Below are positions 1 through 10,300 of a stretch of 64,000 bases of DNA, piece by piece. Numbering within the stretch: the first letter of the stretch is position 1; the number at the start of each line of letters is the position of its first letter. The DNA lies in contig OZ271854.1 of NCBI GenBank assembly GCA_965601925.1, positions 4,928,001-4,992,000 on the forward strand. Direction: 5' to 3'. Position numbers and translations under genes: made by a program. Origin of the DNA: Alkalispirochaeta sp. GTDB taxonomy: Bacteria > Spirochaetota > Spirochaetia > DSM-27196 > Alkalispirochaetaceae. Below the pieces are notes generated by a model. The model ran no database searches. It saw nothing but the letters and a program-made list of their open reading frames with translations, and was not told the DNA's origin.

Positions 1-191
1 ACGATCTGCTCGGGCTCGATATGGACGTCCTCGCGCTGGCGAAAGAGGTACAGATCACCGTCTCTCTGGGCCGGAATGCAGCCCGCCTCGGCGAGCGACT
101 CGGTGAGTTCGTCGTCGAACCGGCGAAATCGTTCGGGATGAATGCGGGCGATCTGGCGCACCCCCGCGGCTTCTACGAGCAGGTAGTACAT
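1..191 (-). CDS. Hypothetical protein, 5' part only (runs off the window edge)
   Basis: Minus-strand ATG at 191 opens MYYLLVEAAGVRQIARIHPERFRRFDDEL... with no stop before position 1; same strand as the upstream gene. Confidence 0.55.
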   Translation of the reverse strand, partial: MYYLLVEAAGVRQIARIHPERFRRFDDELTESLAEAGCIPAQRDGDLYLFRQREDVHIEPEQI

Positions 192-229
192 CGTTTAAGA
201 ATATCGGCGAAAGAGCGAAGCCGGTTGAT

Positions 230-949
230 TCACTCGACGGGCGATATCTCGATGTCGAGGATCTCGCCCTCCTCTACGTAAAAGCGCAGGATGAGCGACG
301 CCTCGGTGGAGAACAGTAGTATGTACTCGCGCACCGCCGCGCGCTCTCGATCGGGCGAGTCGCCGTCGACGATGCGGTAGACCGCCTCCGCGGATCCCCG
401 CGACGCAATCTCGGCGACCACCGCATCCATCACGAAGGACGGCACCGTGTCGGTTATCGGTGTTGCGGCACCCGACTCCTCCGTCGATTCGTTCCCCTGG
501 GCGATACGAACGGCCTCCTCGTCGATCGGCCCCGTCCCCGCCAGGGTCTCGCCGTCCAAGAGTAGGATTAGTACCGCCGAGTCGTCGGGGGCGGACCGCG
601 CAAAATGGGAGACCGTCCCGTTGAGGTCCATTGCCCACCGTTCGACGGCACCGGCCGCGGGCCCGGTGATCGGCACCAAACGCGTAGACTCGTCCCGGTC
701 CACGGCGGGGTCGTCGCCTCCGTCCTCGATTTCGGTCGGGGTATCTACCATCCGTATAGCCCGCGCGTCGCCGCCCTCCGATGTTCGTATTCCCCCGTCG
801 GCCGCCTCTCCGCCGCCCCGCTCCTCGGCCGGCGAGGCTCCTTCGGCGCGTCTCTCCAGCTGTGCAACGATGAAGAGACCGGCGAGAAACACCGCGATGG
901 TCAGGAGAATGATACCGAGGGATCGCAGGCGGTCTTTACCAAGAGTCAC
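230..949 (-). CDS. Hypothetical membrane-anchored protein
   Basis: ORF 230..1093; probable GTG start at 949 just after TATACT; one N-terminal TM helix (LGIILLTIAVFLAGLFIV) then an acidic extracytoplasmic region. Confidence 0.6.
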   Translation of the reverse strand: MTLGKDRLRSLGIILLTIAVFLAGLFIVAQLERRAEGASPAEERGGGEAADGGIRTSEGGDARAIRMVDTPTEIEDGGDDPAVDRDESTRLVPITGPAAGAVERWAMDLNGTVSHFARSAPDDSAVLILLLDGETLAGTGPIDEEAVRIAQGNESTEESGAATPITDTVPSFVMDAVVAEIASRGSAEAVYRIVDGDSPDRERAAVREYILLFSTEASLILRFYVEEGEILDIEISPVE

Positions 950-1002
950 CGGCCAATGGTAGTATAGCGGCCGGACATAGTTCAAGAAATCGGAGATTCC
1001 CC

Positions 1003-2271
1003 ATGCAAAACGGCCAGACGATCTGGCATCATATCGAGACGGAGTACACCGCGCCGGTGCGTGATCCCCTATGGAGTCATATTTACCTGTCACCGGCGAT
1101 GATGCGCCTCGTCGATACGAGTGAGTTCCAACAGTTGAGTCGCATCAAGCAACTGGGCCCTACCTACCTCGTCTATCCGGGAGCGACTCACACGCGCCTC
1201 AACCACAGTTTGGGGGTGTTTCATATCGCCAAGCGCATCGTCATGCGCTTGGTACACCACCCGGACGCGCCGGAGCTCACCCTGGAGGGCGTAAAGGCCT
1301 TCTTGGCGGCCGCACTTCTCCACGATGTCGGGCATTTTCCCTACACTCACAGCTTCAAGAGTCTGCCGTTGGTTGAACACGAACAACTCACCGCGCGCAT
1401 CGTCACCGAGGGGACGTTGGCGCGACGGATCCGCGACGAGCTCAACGTCAATCCGCGAGACGTCGCGGCGATCGTCGACGAATCGTTGGATACCGGCGGT
1501 AACCCCGAGATCGTCCTCTATCGGAATCTTCTCTCCGGAAGCCTCGACCCGGACAAGTTGGACTATCTCAACCGCGACGCCTATTTCTGCGGTGTTCCCT
1601 ACGGCCTGCAGGACATCGACTTCGCTTTGAGTCGCGTGGTACCGGTCGGATACGACGGGATCGGTCTGGAAGCGTCGGGCGTATCGGCGGTGGAGAATAT
1701 TCTCTTCTCAAAATATCTCATGTACCGCGCAGTGTATTGGCACCGGACGGTTCGGGTTGCGACCGCGATGATCAAAAAGGCCGTTCATATGGGGCTGCAA
1801 CACGGCGCGATTCAACCGAACGATCTTTACGGGCTCGACGACGAGCTGTTCATTACCCGTTTTACCGACCATACCTTTCCCGCCTTTACATTGATTGCGC
1901 ACGTAGGGACGCGCCGCCTGCTCAAGCCGGCCGCCGACATCCCCTTCGATCCCGCCGATCCCCGCCATCACCGACTCGCCGACATGGCGACGCGGCGCGC
2001 CATGGAAGCGAGCTTGGCGTCAGAGCTCGGCATTCCCGAACACCAGGTCATCATCGACCTGCCGGACCCGATCTCCTTCGAGGCGCACTTTCCGATCTTT
2101 GAGGAGGGGCACGCCCACGAGTTTGCCGAGAAGAGCGTCTTCTCCGCCGACGTGGTGCACCGATTTACCGAGACCATACGGCGCATCCGCCTGATCATTC
2201 CCCACGAGACGGCCGACCGACTCGGCGAGGCGCGAGGTCACCTGGAAGCGATACTCGACGATGTGGTCTGA
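1003..2271 (+). CDS. HD-domain phosphohydrolase (YwfO/dNTP triphosphohydrolase-like)
   Basis: RDPL...QQLSRIKQLG...YPGATHTRLNHSLG, LLHDVGHFPYTH, LDPDKLDYLNRD, VYWHRTVR motifs. Confidence 0.9.
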   Translation: MQNGQTIWHHIETEYTAPVRDPLWSHIYLSPAMMRLVDTSEFQQLSRIKQLGPTYLVYPGATHTRLNHSLGVFHIAKRIVMRLVHHPDAPELTLEGVKAFLAAALLHDVGHFPYTHSFKSLPLVEHEQLTARIVTEGTLARRIRDELNVNPRDVAAIVDESLDTGGNPEIVLYRNLLSGSLDPDKLDYLNRDAYFCGVPYGLQDIDFALSRVVPVGYDGIGLEASGVSAVENILFSKYLMYRAVYWHRTVRVATAMIKKAVHMGLQHGAIQPNDLYGLDDELFITRFTDHTFPAFTLIAHVGTRRLLKPAADIPFDPADPRHHRLADMATRRAMEASLASELGIPEHQVIIDLPDPISFEAHFPIFEEGHAHEFAEKSVFSADVVHRFTETIRRIRLIIPHETADRLGEARGHLEAILDDVV

Positions 2272-3034
2272 TCTCCTGACCGCGCAACCGCCGCCGGTGG
2301 TGATGCGATTTCTCAAGCGCCTCGGACGTGGTATTAATCGGTACGCGATGATCGGCGACGGAGACCGCGTGCTGGTATCGGTCTCGGGCGGCAAAGATTC
2401 CCTCGCCCTCGCCTACGGCCTCAAGCTCCGTCTCCGGTTTCTACCCATCAGCTACGAGCTCTATCCGGTTATGATCAACTGGCGCGAGCACCCCCATACG
2501 AGCGAGCGTGTCGCTTCAATTCGCGCCTTCTTCGACGCGCTGGAACTGCCGCTCCATATCATCGAGGCCGATATGAAACCCGAATCCTTCGGCGGCCGCT
2601 TCGATTGTTATCGGTGCGGGCGCAATCGACGACGCATACTCTTCGATTTGGTACGGGAGTGGGAGGGCCGTCCCCTCATCGCCACCGGTCACCATCTCGA
2701 CGACATCGTACAGACCACGCTCATGAATATGTGTTTTCGCGGCTCGTTTTCGACGATGAATCCCGTTCAACCGTTTTTTGACGACGCGCTGCGGGTCGTG
2801 CGACCGCTCTGCGAGGTGCGGGAACGGATGATCATCGAGGTGGCCGAGGCCGTAGCGCTTCCGGTGGGTTCGATCGATTGCCCGTTCCGGGAGCGCAACA
2901 TCCGCACGCGCGTCGCACCGGTGATAGATGAGCTGGAGCGCATCAATCCCGGTGTGCGTGAGAACATCTATCGCTCCCTCCACCGCGTCGACCGTGAGTA
3001 TCTTCCCACCGCCGTCGACGGCCGCAGGCTGTGA
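2261..3034 (+). CDS. ttcA: TtcA-family tRNA thiolation protein (PP-loop ATPase)
   Basis: SGGKDS PP-loop, CYRC, IATGHHLDD, VVRPL motifs. Confidence 0.75.
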   Translation: MWSDLLTAQPPPVVMRFLKRLGRGINRYAMIGDGDRVLVSVSGGKDSLALAYGLKLRLRFLPISYELYPVMINWREHPHTSERVASIRAFFDALELPLHIIEADMKPESFGGRFDCYRCGRNRRRILFDLVREWEGRPLIATGHHLDDIVQTTLMNMCFRGSFSTMNPVQPFFDDALRVVRPLCEVRERMIIEVAEAVALPVGSIDCPFRERNIRTRVAPVIDELERINPGVRENIYRSLHRVDREYLPTAVDGRRL

Positions 3035-3320
3035 CGGGGCGCAGCGTACGAAGGCGCGTGTGCGAACCATAAACGCGGACGGAAAACGTCGTCGATCGCT
3101 CAGCAGACGAAGACGTCTGAAGCCGCGCTCGCCACCGTTCTCCACCCTCAAGTGATATCTCCCGCGCCCCGGGGAAGGGGCACACCTCCCCGGCTTCGCC
3201 CGCAGTAAGCTCCCACACCACTTACGAAGCTTACCCGTCACAGTCTGATGCGCGAGGGATCGAAAGGGACCCGTAGGGCGTCTTGCGCAGCAAGACCGGA
3301 GCGGCAGGCGGGCGCACGGC

Positions 3321-3356
3321 GTTCACGTACCGCAGCCTTCGGCAAGGGACGTGGAC
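3321..3356 (+). repeat. Hairpin module X (related to the tandem-array unit at 59906-60134)
   Basis: gttcacgt-accgca-gcc.ttc.ggc-aaggg-acgtggac: 8-bp outer stem, ACCGCA internal loop, 3-bp inner stem. Confidence 0.45.
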
Positions 3357-3447
3357 AGAGTAGCTCGCCGTAGAGCCGCGGAGCCCTGCAGAGCCCGGTC
3401 TCCCCGCCATGCCCATTGAGGACGAGACACCCCGGTGGAACTACGCT

Positions 3448-3523
3448 GGGAGTGGGGGACGGTGGCGGGCGCGACTTCTGGCGTCTGCGCCTGCATGAGT
3501 GACCGACGCCGTCCCCCACTCCC
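3448..3523. repeat. Palindromic module Y, copy 1
   Basis: 15-bp perfect inverted repeat gggagtgggggacgg/ccgtcccccactccc enclosing cgcgacttctggc...gcctgcatgag, which recurs at 62262-62339. Confidence 0.65.
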
Positions 3524-3607
3524 TTCTCCGAGTCACCGGGGAGACGCGCCCGGTTACCGGCGAGTTGTGACGGCGCGTGTGATGATATACACTCTCAGAG
3601 CAGCGCT

Positions 3608-4066
3608 ATGAAGCAAAATCGTTTAATGCAGGAACGCATTCGTCGCACCACCATCCTCCTTCGTGAGCTCGGCTACGAGATTCAGGAGGGCGAGGTCGCC
3701 GACGACAGCTACAGCGCCGGGTTCGTCACGCCCGACGGGTTTCAAGCGGGATTCTTCATCGATGCCGACTCCAAGTTCCTGGAACTGGTCTTCACCTTCA
3801 CCTTCGGTAAGGGCATGGCCGACTTTGTCCGGGAGCGAATCGAGGAGGTGATGCACACCCTCTACGAGTACGGCTGTTACTTCACGCTACAAATCGATCA
3901 AGAGGAGATCAGCTACACCATCTTTTCCAAGATCTATTTCGCGGGGCTCAACTACTTTGCGCTCAAGGAGACGATTCGCGATTTTCGAGACGCGGTCGAT
4001 GCAAATCAGGAAATTTTTGAAATTCAATTAGAAAATGAACAAGGAGCGTCCTATGGCGATTCATAA
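3608..4066 (+). CDS. Hypothetical protein (acidic, possibly YbjN/chaperone-like fold)
   Basis: 152-aa ORF with coding-like composition; overlaps the start of the ComFB gene. Confidence 0.7.
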   Translation: MKQNRLMQERIRRTTILLRELGYEIQEGEVADDSYSAGFVTPDGFQAGFFIDADSKFLELVFTFTFGKGMADFVRERIEEVMHTLYEYGCYFTLQIDQEEISYTIFSKIYFAGLNYFALKETIRDFRDAVDANQEIFEIQLENEQGASYGDS

Positions 4067-4733
4067 CCTTATGGAAGAGCTCGCCGCTTCGGTGCTCGAC
4101 GAGGTATGCAAGGATGACCAGGCCGGAAGCCGACGATACTGCGCGAGCGAACAGTGCCGTACCGATGCGCTGTGCTACATACTCAACCGCATCCCACCGC
4201 GATACATCAGCTCCGGTCGCGGATTCGCCCACCTGACCGAAGAGTTACAGGACGATCAACAACTGATGATCGATGTCGTGCGCCTCGTCCATGAGGGGCT
4301 TCAACGGGTGAGCGCCGTCAGACGCACGTTCTACGATGTGGAATCGAAAGATGCACTTCAGGGGGCGTGTTTCAACTTCCCGACCATCAAGGGGCGCCTT
4401 TTGGACGGCGCCGGATTTCTGCCCGTTTCCGAGGTCGACGTCCAGCTCTTCCTCGACGGCGCATTGGTCGACATGTTCGATCAACGGTGGTCCAATCCGT
4501 ACCACGTGTCGGCGCAGACGCCCGGCACCTTCATCTTCTGGCCCGCCCCGATCAGCGTAACCGAGACCGGCAGCGACCGTAAGTTCGAGTTCGAACTACG
4601 CGTCGAGGAGCCCGGCTTCGATCCCCTTACCCACCTCTTTACGCTGGAGCTGACGAGCGAAAGCGGGGCGGAAGAGGTGTTCAACCTGGAGCGCGACCAC
4701 AAACTACCCGACTTGTACCTCTTTCGCCGGTAG
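4053..4733 (+). CDS. ComFB-family protein with C-terminal beta-rich extension
   Basis: HNLMEE...CASEQCRTDALCYILNRIPPRY ComFB signature; AAGGAG RBS before ATG 4053. Confidence 0.85.
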   Translation: MAIHNLMEELAASVLDEVCKDDQAGSRRYCASEQCRTDALCYILNRIPPRYISSGRGFAHLTEELQDDQQLMIDVVRLVHEGLQRVSAVRRTFYDVESKDALQGACFNFPTIKGRLLDGAGFLPVSEVDVQLFLDGALVDMFDQRWSNPYHVSAQTPGTFIFWPAPISVTETGSDRKFEFELRVEEPGFDPLTHLFTLELTSESGAEEVFNLERDHKLPDLYLFRR

Positions 4734-4766
4734 CGGCAGGGGTGCGGCCCGTCCCCGTCGCGCCGG

Positions 4767-5057
4767 TCAGTCGTAGATCTCGGTGTGGGTCTGGACGTCT
4801 TGAAGGCGCCCCGGCAGGTTGTGCTCGACGAAGGCGAGTACCTTCTGCATGACCCGCTCCCCGTGCTGCTTGTCGTTACTCACCAGCGCGACGCCGATCT
4901 GGGCAAAGGTGAGGCTCTCGTGCAGATCGACCTCCGCGGCGCTCACGTGAAACTTACGAATAACCCGGTCCCTCAGTCCGTGGACGATGCGTCGCTTGTC
5001 CTTCAGCGACTCCATGTCCGGAAGCTCGAGAACCATCATGAGCATGGACACGGTCAT
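4767..5057 (-). CDS. DUF503 (YlxP-like) protein
   Basis: SLKDKRRIV...KFHVSAAEV...IGVALVSN motif, 96 aa. Confidence 0.9.
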   Translation of the reverse strand: MTVSMLMMVLELPDMESLKDKRRIVHGLRDRVIRKFHVSAAEVDLHESLTFAQIGVALVSNDKQHGERVMQKVLAFVEHNLPGRLQDVQTHTEIYD

Positions 5058-5058
5058 C

Positions 5059-6186
5059 TCAGTCGAATAGGTCCTTGATATCGCCGAGACTCAAACTACT
5101 TCCCGCTTCGCCGTCCTCGGCGGCATTCTCCCGATCCTTCATCGGGAGGAAGGTGCGGTTATACTCCCGCGCCAAGCGGTACACGTCGTCGTCACGGTAC
5201 AAATCGGGGACGCGCACCTCGAGATTGTAGCTCTTTTCGGTCATACCGCGGCGCATGACGTGAATCGGGTCGGTCACGGTGAGGGCGAACTGCGGACTGT
5301 AGACGAACACCAACACGAGCACGAGCGCGAATATAACGGCGAAATATCGCAAATTCTCCGCCGCCTGCTCTTGATTGAGGGGCTTCAAGTCGACGAAGAC
5401 GGCAACATCGCCGGTCTCGAGGAGACCGTAGTCCGACGCTTGATAGTATCGATCGAGGTACGCTTGGCTGTGCCTGCTGTAACGGACCTCACCTCGGTGC
5501 TCGACGGTGAGTACCGTCGGTTCGGTGTCGGCAAATCGGCCGAGCGCCTCCTCGTTGCCTTCATCGGCTAAGCCCTCTTGGGCGATGTAGTGTAGCGCCG
5601 CCACGGCCTGCTCCTGGTAGGTCTGTTCCAACGACGGGAGCGTCACGGCGGTACCGGCGACCGCGAGCACGAGCAGCACGAAGACGAATACCGATACCCC
5701 CATGGCGGTGATTGTCGCGACGTGGCGCTGCGCCATGACCGAATCGGCGTTCTTGATACGGCGAAAGATCTTGAGCACGCGCAACAGTCTGAGCACACGA
5801 GCGATACGAATCGCCTTGACGACCTTGAGCACGTTGAGCATCCCGGCGACCCCGACGATCGACACGCCGCCCACGTACAAGGCCAGGACCGACGGGCCGC
5901 TATTGAACAGCAGAAGCGGTACGCTGGCGAGAAAGTCGATCCATCCGCGATCGAACCACAGATAGCGCCCGAGTCGACGATAGCGAAAGGCGTCGTAACT
6001 GCGCGTAAGAAACTCTACGGTAAAAAAGAGATCGAAAAAGAACCCCATCAACAAGAGTATGCGTTGCGCGGCGGCGCTCCACGCCAGGAGCGTCGCGACG
6101 TCTTCGAGAAAGGTCTGGACCAACACGAGGATGATAGCCAAAAGGACGACGTTTTCTAACCATGAACGTGTTCTGCTCATATCCAT
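5059..6186 (-). CDS. Ion_trans-like membrane protein (voltage-sensor-like S1-S4, periplasmic loop, HAMP-like tail)
   Basis: FDLFFTVEF, GWIDFLASVP, S4-like KAIRIARVLRLLRVLKIFR; C-terminal TDPIHVMRRGM...DDVYRLAREYN. Confidence 0.8.
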   Translation of the reverse strand: MDMSRTRSWLENVVLLAIILVLVQTFLEDVATLLAWSAAAQRILLLMGFFFDLFFTVEFLTRSYDAFRYRRLGRYLWFDRGWIDFLASVPLLLFNSGPSVLALYVGGVSIVGVAGMLNVLKVVKAIRIARVLRLLRVLKIFRRIKNADSVMAQRHVATITAMGVSVFVFVLLVLAVAGTAVTLPSLEQTYQEQAVAALHYIAQEGLADEGNEEALGRFADTEPTVLTVEHRGEVRYSRHSQAYLDRYYQASDYGLLETGDVAVFVDLKPLNQEQAAENLRYFAVIFALVLVLVFVYSPQFALTVTDPIHVMRRGMTEKSYNLEVRVPDLYRDDDVYRLAREYNRTFLPMKDRENAAEDGEAGSSLSLGDIKDLFD

Positions 6187-6189
6187 TAC

Positions 6190-7116
6190 CTACCACGCGT
6201 TCTCGGCGGCGATTTTGTACAACTCGTCGAGCATCTTGATATCGAAGCCGTAGAACTTGTAATTGCGCCGCGCGGTGTTAAACCAACTCTTATCCGGGCT
6301 GTCCGCCCCCCTATCAACCTTGATGTTGGACTGATAATTGCGGCTCCGGGTGCTCAACACCGCGGTCAGACGCGCGGTCGCCTCGATGAATCGGTTGTCG
6401 TTGAACGAGACACTGGCGTGCACCGCGCTCTTGAGAATCGACTCGGGAATCGGCCGCATCTCCTTCTTGAGCGTTCCCAGCACCTTCTCGGCGAACTGAT
6501 TCTGAACCATGCCCGTAGCGCGATCCTGCGGCGCCTGGGCGGTCGAGCCCACCAAGAAAACCGTCGGCTTTAGCAAGAGATTGACCTCTATGAAGTTGCG
6601 AATCTCCTCGGGGCCCAGACGCAGCCGTTGTACCTTCGTGAGCTCGAAGTGAATGTAGGACTTACGAGCGAAGATCTCATCGAGATACCGGTTGACCAGA
6701 CCGAAGTGCAACGCCGTATACGCTCCCGTAAAGGCGCGGCGCGCCTCCGGCTTCTCGAGCAACTTCTTCGTCATGCCGATAAGCTGACGCGCGATCGCCG
6801 CGTCGTCTCCCTGTTGCTGCTTGAGCAGCTGAATGAACGTGAAATCGATCTTCTCGGTTACGACGGCGTCGATATCGGCAAAGAGCTCTTGATTGGAAAT
6901 TTGGTACAGAGCGCTGATAAGCAAGGAGAAGATCTGATTCCAATTCTTTCCGGGAAAAAACTGGGCCGAACTGAGGGTAGGGGCGAGCTGGGCGGCGTTA
7001 ACGTGGAGGAACTGAATGATCTGCTCTTCCTTCTGCAGGACCGAAAATCCTTTGAGGGTCGGGTTCTGCAGCAACCGGCCGATGAAGGCTTGCGCTTTCT
7101 CACTCTCGCTGTTCAT
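6190..7116 (-). CDS. Hypothetical cytoplasmic protein
   Basis: 308-aa ORF with strong coding bias; first gene of a tight three-gene minus-strand operon. Confidence 0.8.
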   Translation of the reverse strand: MNSESEKAQAFIGRLLQNPTLKGFSVLQKEEQIIQFLHVNAAQLAPTLSSAQFFPGKNWNQIFSLLISALYQISNQELFADIDAVVTEKIDFTFIQLLKQQQGDDAAIARQLIGMTKKLLEKPEARRAFTGAYTALHFGLVNRYLDEIFARKSYIHFELTKVQRLRLGPEEIRNFIEVNLLLKPTVFLVGSTAQAPQDRATGMVQNQFAEKVLGTLKKEMRPIPESILKSAVHASVSFNDNRFIEATARLTAVLSTRSRNYQSNIKVDRGADSPDKSWFNTARRNYKFYGFDIKMLDELYKIAAENAW

Positions 7117-7304
7117 ACTGTTGTCACCTGCGCCATAATACTATGGTAATGTGCGAGGACTCAAGCCGCACGATTCCGACAAAAAGAAGAGATTTCGTCG
7201 TTTTGTTGAGTAGTACCGGGAGACATCGCTCCGTGCTGCGACCCTCATGCACCTCCCGCGACCGCTCGCTCGCCGTAAAACGCGCTCGGCACCGGACGCG
7301 TGCG

Positions 7305-10300
7305 GTGTGGCGACGATTCATCACGATACTCGTAGTGCTTGCGGCCGCTCGATCGGCGGCCGATGCGCAGGAGGCGCCGGCTCCCGGCCGGCAACCGGTC
7401 AATCCGTTTCTGGAGGATGAGGCGCCGCCCGCACTCTTCAATCTCGAGTCGGGGAGCACGGACGTCGATCTGTATGTGCTGGGGTCGTGGACCGCCTCCT
7501 CGCACATCGCGACGGGGTTTGCATTTCATCCGCCCCTGGAAGAGAACGGGCGGCGCGTCACTGTACCGTACGAGTATCCCGGCTTCGAGACGGTGTTATT
7601 CGCGCAAACGGTCGATCTGACGCTCTCACTTTGGTTGTACGAGCGCTTTTTTTTCGAGGCGAGCTTTGCCGACGAGTCCAATCTCAATACCATCGCCGCC
7701 GGATATTACGGACGAGAGGGCGAACTTGTGCGCGAACTCGTCGTCGGAAACGTTCCTCTCGCGGTGCAACAGTATCCCTACCAGTACGCGGGAAGCCCGG
7801 AGGCTCGCTCGGGACGGCGTCCGACCCCCGGTACCGTGCTACGCCTGGAGACCGAACGCACCTATCACGAACTCCTCGTTCAGTTGGAGAACTCGCGACA
7901 GGAACGCGTACGCTTCTCCGGCGGCGGAGTGGTAGAAGAGGTGAGAATCGCGCCGGAAAGCTACCTTCGGGAGCGCTTGTTCGTGCTACCCGACCGCGGG
8001 ATCCGCAATCTCGAGGTCTACCTCGAGGACGAGGAGGGCTCCGTCTTAGGCGGCGTCGGCGCCGCGCAACGGCGATTTCGCGCCCTGAATGAGGCGGACG
8101 GCGAGTATGTGGCCGACCTCGACGAGGGAACGCTCCGCCTCGGCGATGCGGTCGCCGGCGTCGGTACGGTTGCGGTCTATTACGAGACATCCCAAGGGGA
8201 GGTCGGAGACGCCGCCAACGGGACGTCCGCTCTGGTGCCGTTGGACGGCGAGACGCTCGCCCCCACGAGCGGATCACGCGTGGACTTTTCCTTTTCGAAC
8301 GCCGATCTCTACGATCTGTTGACCGGCGGCACGGGCATCGACGGGCCGGCGCTCGACGACTACGAACTGCCGTTGGCCGACGGTCGGTCGGCGCTCATCG
8401 TAGCGCGACCGGGACTCTGGTCACCCTTCGAGGCGGCGGGTCTCTACGCGTTGCCGCAGGAGATCGCCGACGACGAGGGGGCGTCCGACTCGATACGGAT
8501 CGCTCTCGTCTCGCGCGGTACGCGCACACCGATAGATGACGAGGCGCGCTACCAACCTGAGCGCATCGGCGACTCGGCGCTCCTGCTGCTGACGGCGACC
8601 GGAACGTCCACCGGAGAGTTGGAGTGGCGCTACCCTTTCGCCGGCCGTTCGCCACGGGAGGCCAACGCATCGATATACGGTCCCCTTGCCGCATCGGGAA
8701 TCGCGGCGTCGAACGTAGAGCTCCTCGTCTCGTACCGGAGCGACCGGGACAGCCTCTTTTTGGACGGCGACATCGTGCCCGGTACGGTCGTAATCACGGA
8801 GAACGGCCGTCCGTTGGACGGTGCGGAGATCGACTCCGCGACCGGCGAGATCACCCTCCCGCCGGGCCTTAGCGAAAACGCCACGATCGACGTGAGCTAC
8901 CGCGTCTATAGTCCGGGCGACGGCCCCGGCGATCTGGTGCTGATCGCCGGTAACCGCTGGCGGGCCGCTCCGGCGCTCTCATTGAGCCTCGCCTCCGGAT
9001 TACGATGGACCATATCGGACCAGGGTTTTTCCGAACAGATCGACCAAAACCCCGGCCAACTCACCGTCTCCGCCGGTGCGGAGTATACCGGCAAGCGGCT
9101 GTCGGTGGACGGTGCGATCGCACTTCAGGTCTCGCAAGCCGACACGACCGGATTCTTTCGCATCTTCGGAGGAAGTCCGGCGCAGACGCGCATCACTCCG
9201 GATATCGGTACGCTCTTCCCGGCAAGCGCGCCGACAGATCCGGTGCCGGCGGAGCCCACTCTCGATCTGACGGAGGCCAATCGTCGCTATCCGCGATATC
9301 GCGACTATTGGGAAACCGACGCACTGGGAGGCACCACCCTCGCGGCATATACCGCTTCACGCGCCGTCGACGCAGAGGAGTCCGGAGCGCGGATCGGTCC
9401 CTATCTCGCAAGCAGCCTCGACGATGATTTCACCGGGACCGTCGCGGTACTCGAGTGGGACGATCTGGGCGCCGGCGAGTGGCTCGGCGCGCAGATTCGC
9501 GTCTCCGCGGGCGAAATCGACCTGCGCGACGCCACCTCCGTTACCGTTTGGTACCGCTACGTCGCGACCGACTCGACGATCCCGACCGGTGCCGATCCCG
9601 CCCTTACGATACAGCTCGGGAGCGCGGCCGAGGACCTCGACGGCGACGGCGTCCTCGACGAGGGCCGAAGCGCGGTCGATCCGCTCCTCGACTTTGACGG
9701 AGCCGCGGGTCTGCGGCGGGCCGGTCAGGACGCGCCGATACGTACCGCGGCCCTTACCGAGGACGGCAACGCCAACGGGTTACTCGATATCGAGACGCCG
9801 ACGGCGATTTACTCGGGGACGGTAAGTGATCCGCTCGACTCCACCGTATGGCGCGAAGTGCGCCTCGATCTCGACTCCGACGACCGGAGCAATCTGGCGG
9901 CGGTACGTGCCGCGCGCATTATTCTCACCAACGGGAGCAGCGCCACGGACGACCTCGCCGCAGGACGAATCCTCGTCGGACGGATCGAAATCGAACGGAC
10001 GGAAGCGGCCTACATCGTGTCGAGAGGGGGCGGAAGCGCAACGGTGGCGATTCGAGACGATCCGGCGGGGAACGACGCAGCGGACGGCGTGCGTAGCCGA
10101 TTCGATCTGGTGGGAGAGCGTTTTGCCCCCGATGAGGAGGACCAGCGCGTTTTGGAACTCGACTGGTCGGGCGCTACCGCCGATGTCGAGGCGGAAATCG
10201 TCATACCGGAGTTTGCGCCCAACCGTTACGGCACGCTGCGCACCTTTATGTGGCTCTTTGACGACTCGGCGGTCGTAGGCGGCGACGACGAGCTGGTAGA

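Noticed and set aside
21..281. Plus-strand 86-aa ORF
   Set aside because: Reads like an antisense shadow; a better minus-strand gene starts at 191, and the ORF overlaps the 230-949 gene.
1003..2271. Anti-phage dNTPase defence gene
   Set aside because: Housekeeping context (overlaps ttcA), host-like composition, no defence neighbours.
3155..3420. RNase P RNA, SRP RNA, tmRNA or hammerhead ribozyme
   Set aside because: Only partial look-alikes (GGGGAGACCGGGCTC on minus; CTGATG...GAAA on plus); the full conserved cores were not found.
3434..3445. T-box riboswitch (GGTGGAACTACG resembles GGTGGNACCRCG)
   Set aside because: Mismatch in the invariant ACC, no recognisable stem I, wrong terminator geometry, and the downstream genes are unrelated to amino acids.
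7143..7304. N-terminal 54 aa of the 1707-aa ORF
   Set aside because: Promoter-like intergenic sequence; the signal peptide begins at GTG 7305.
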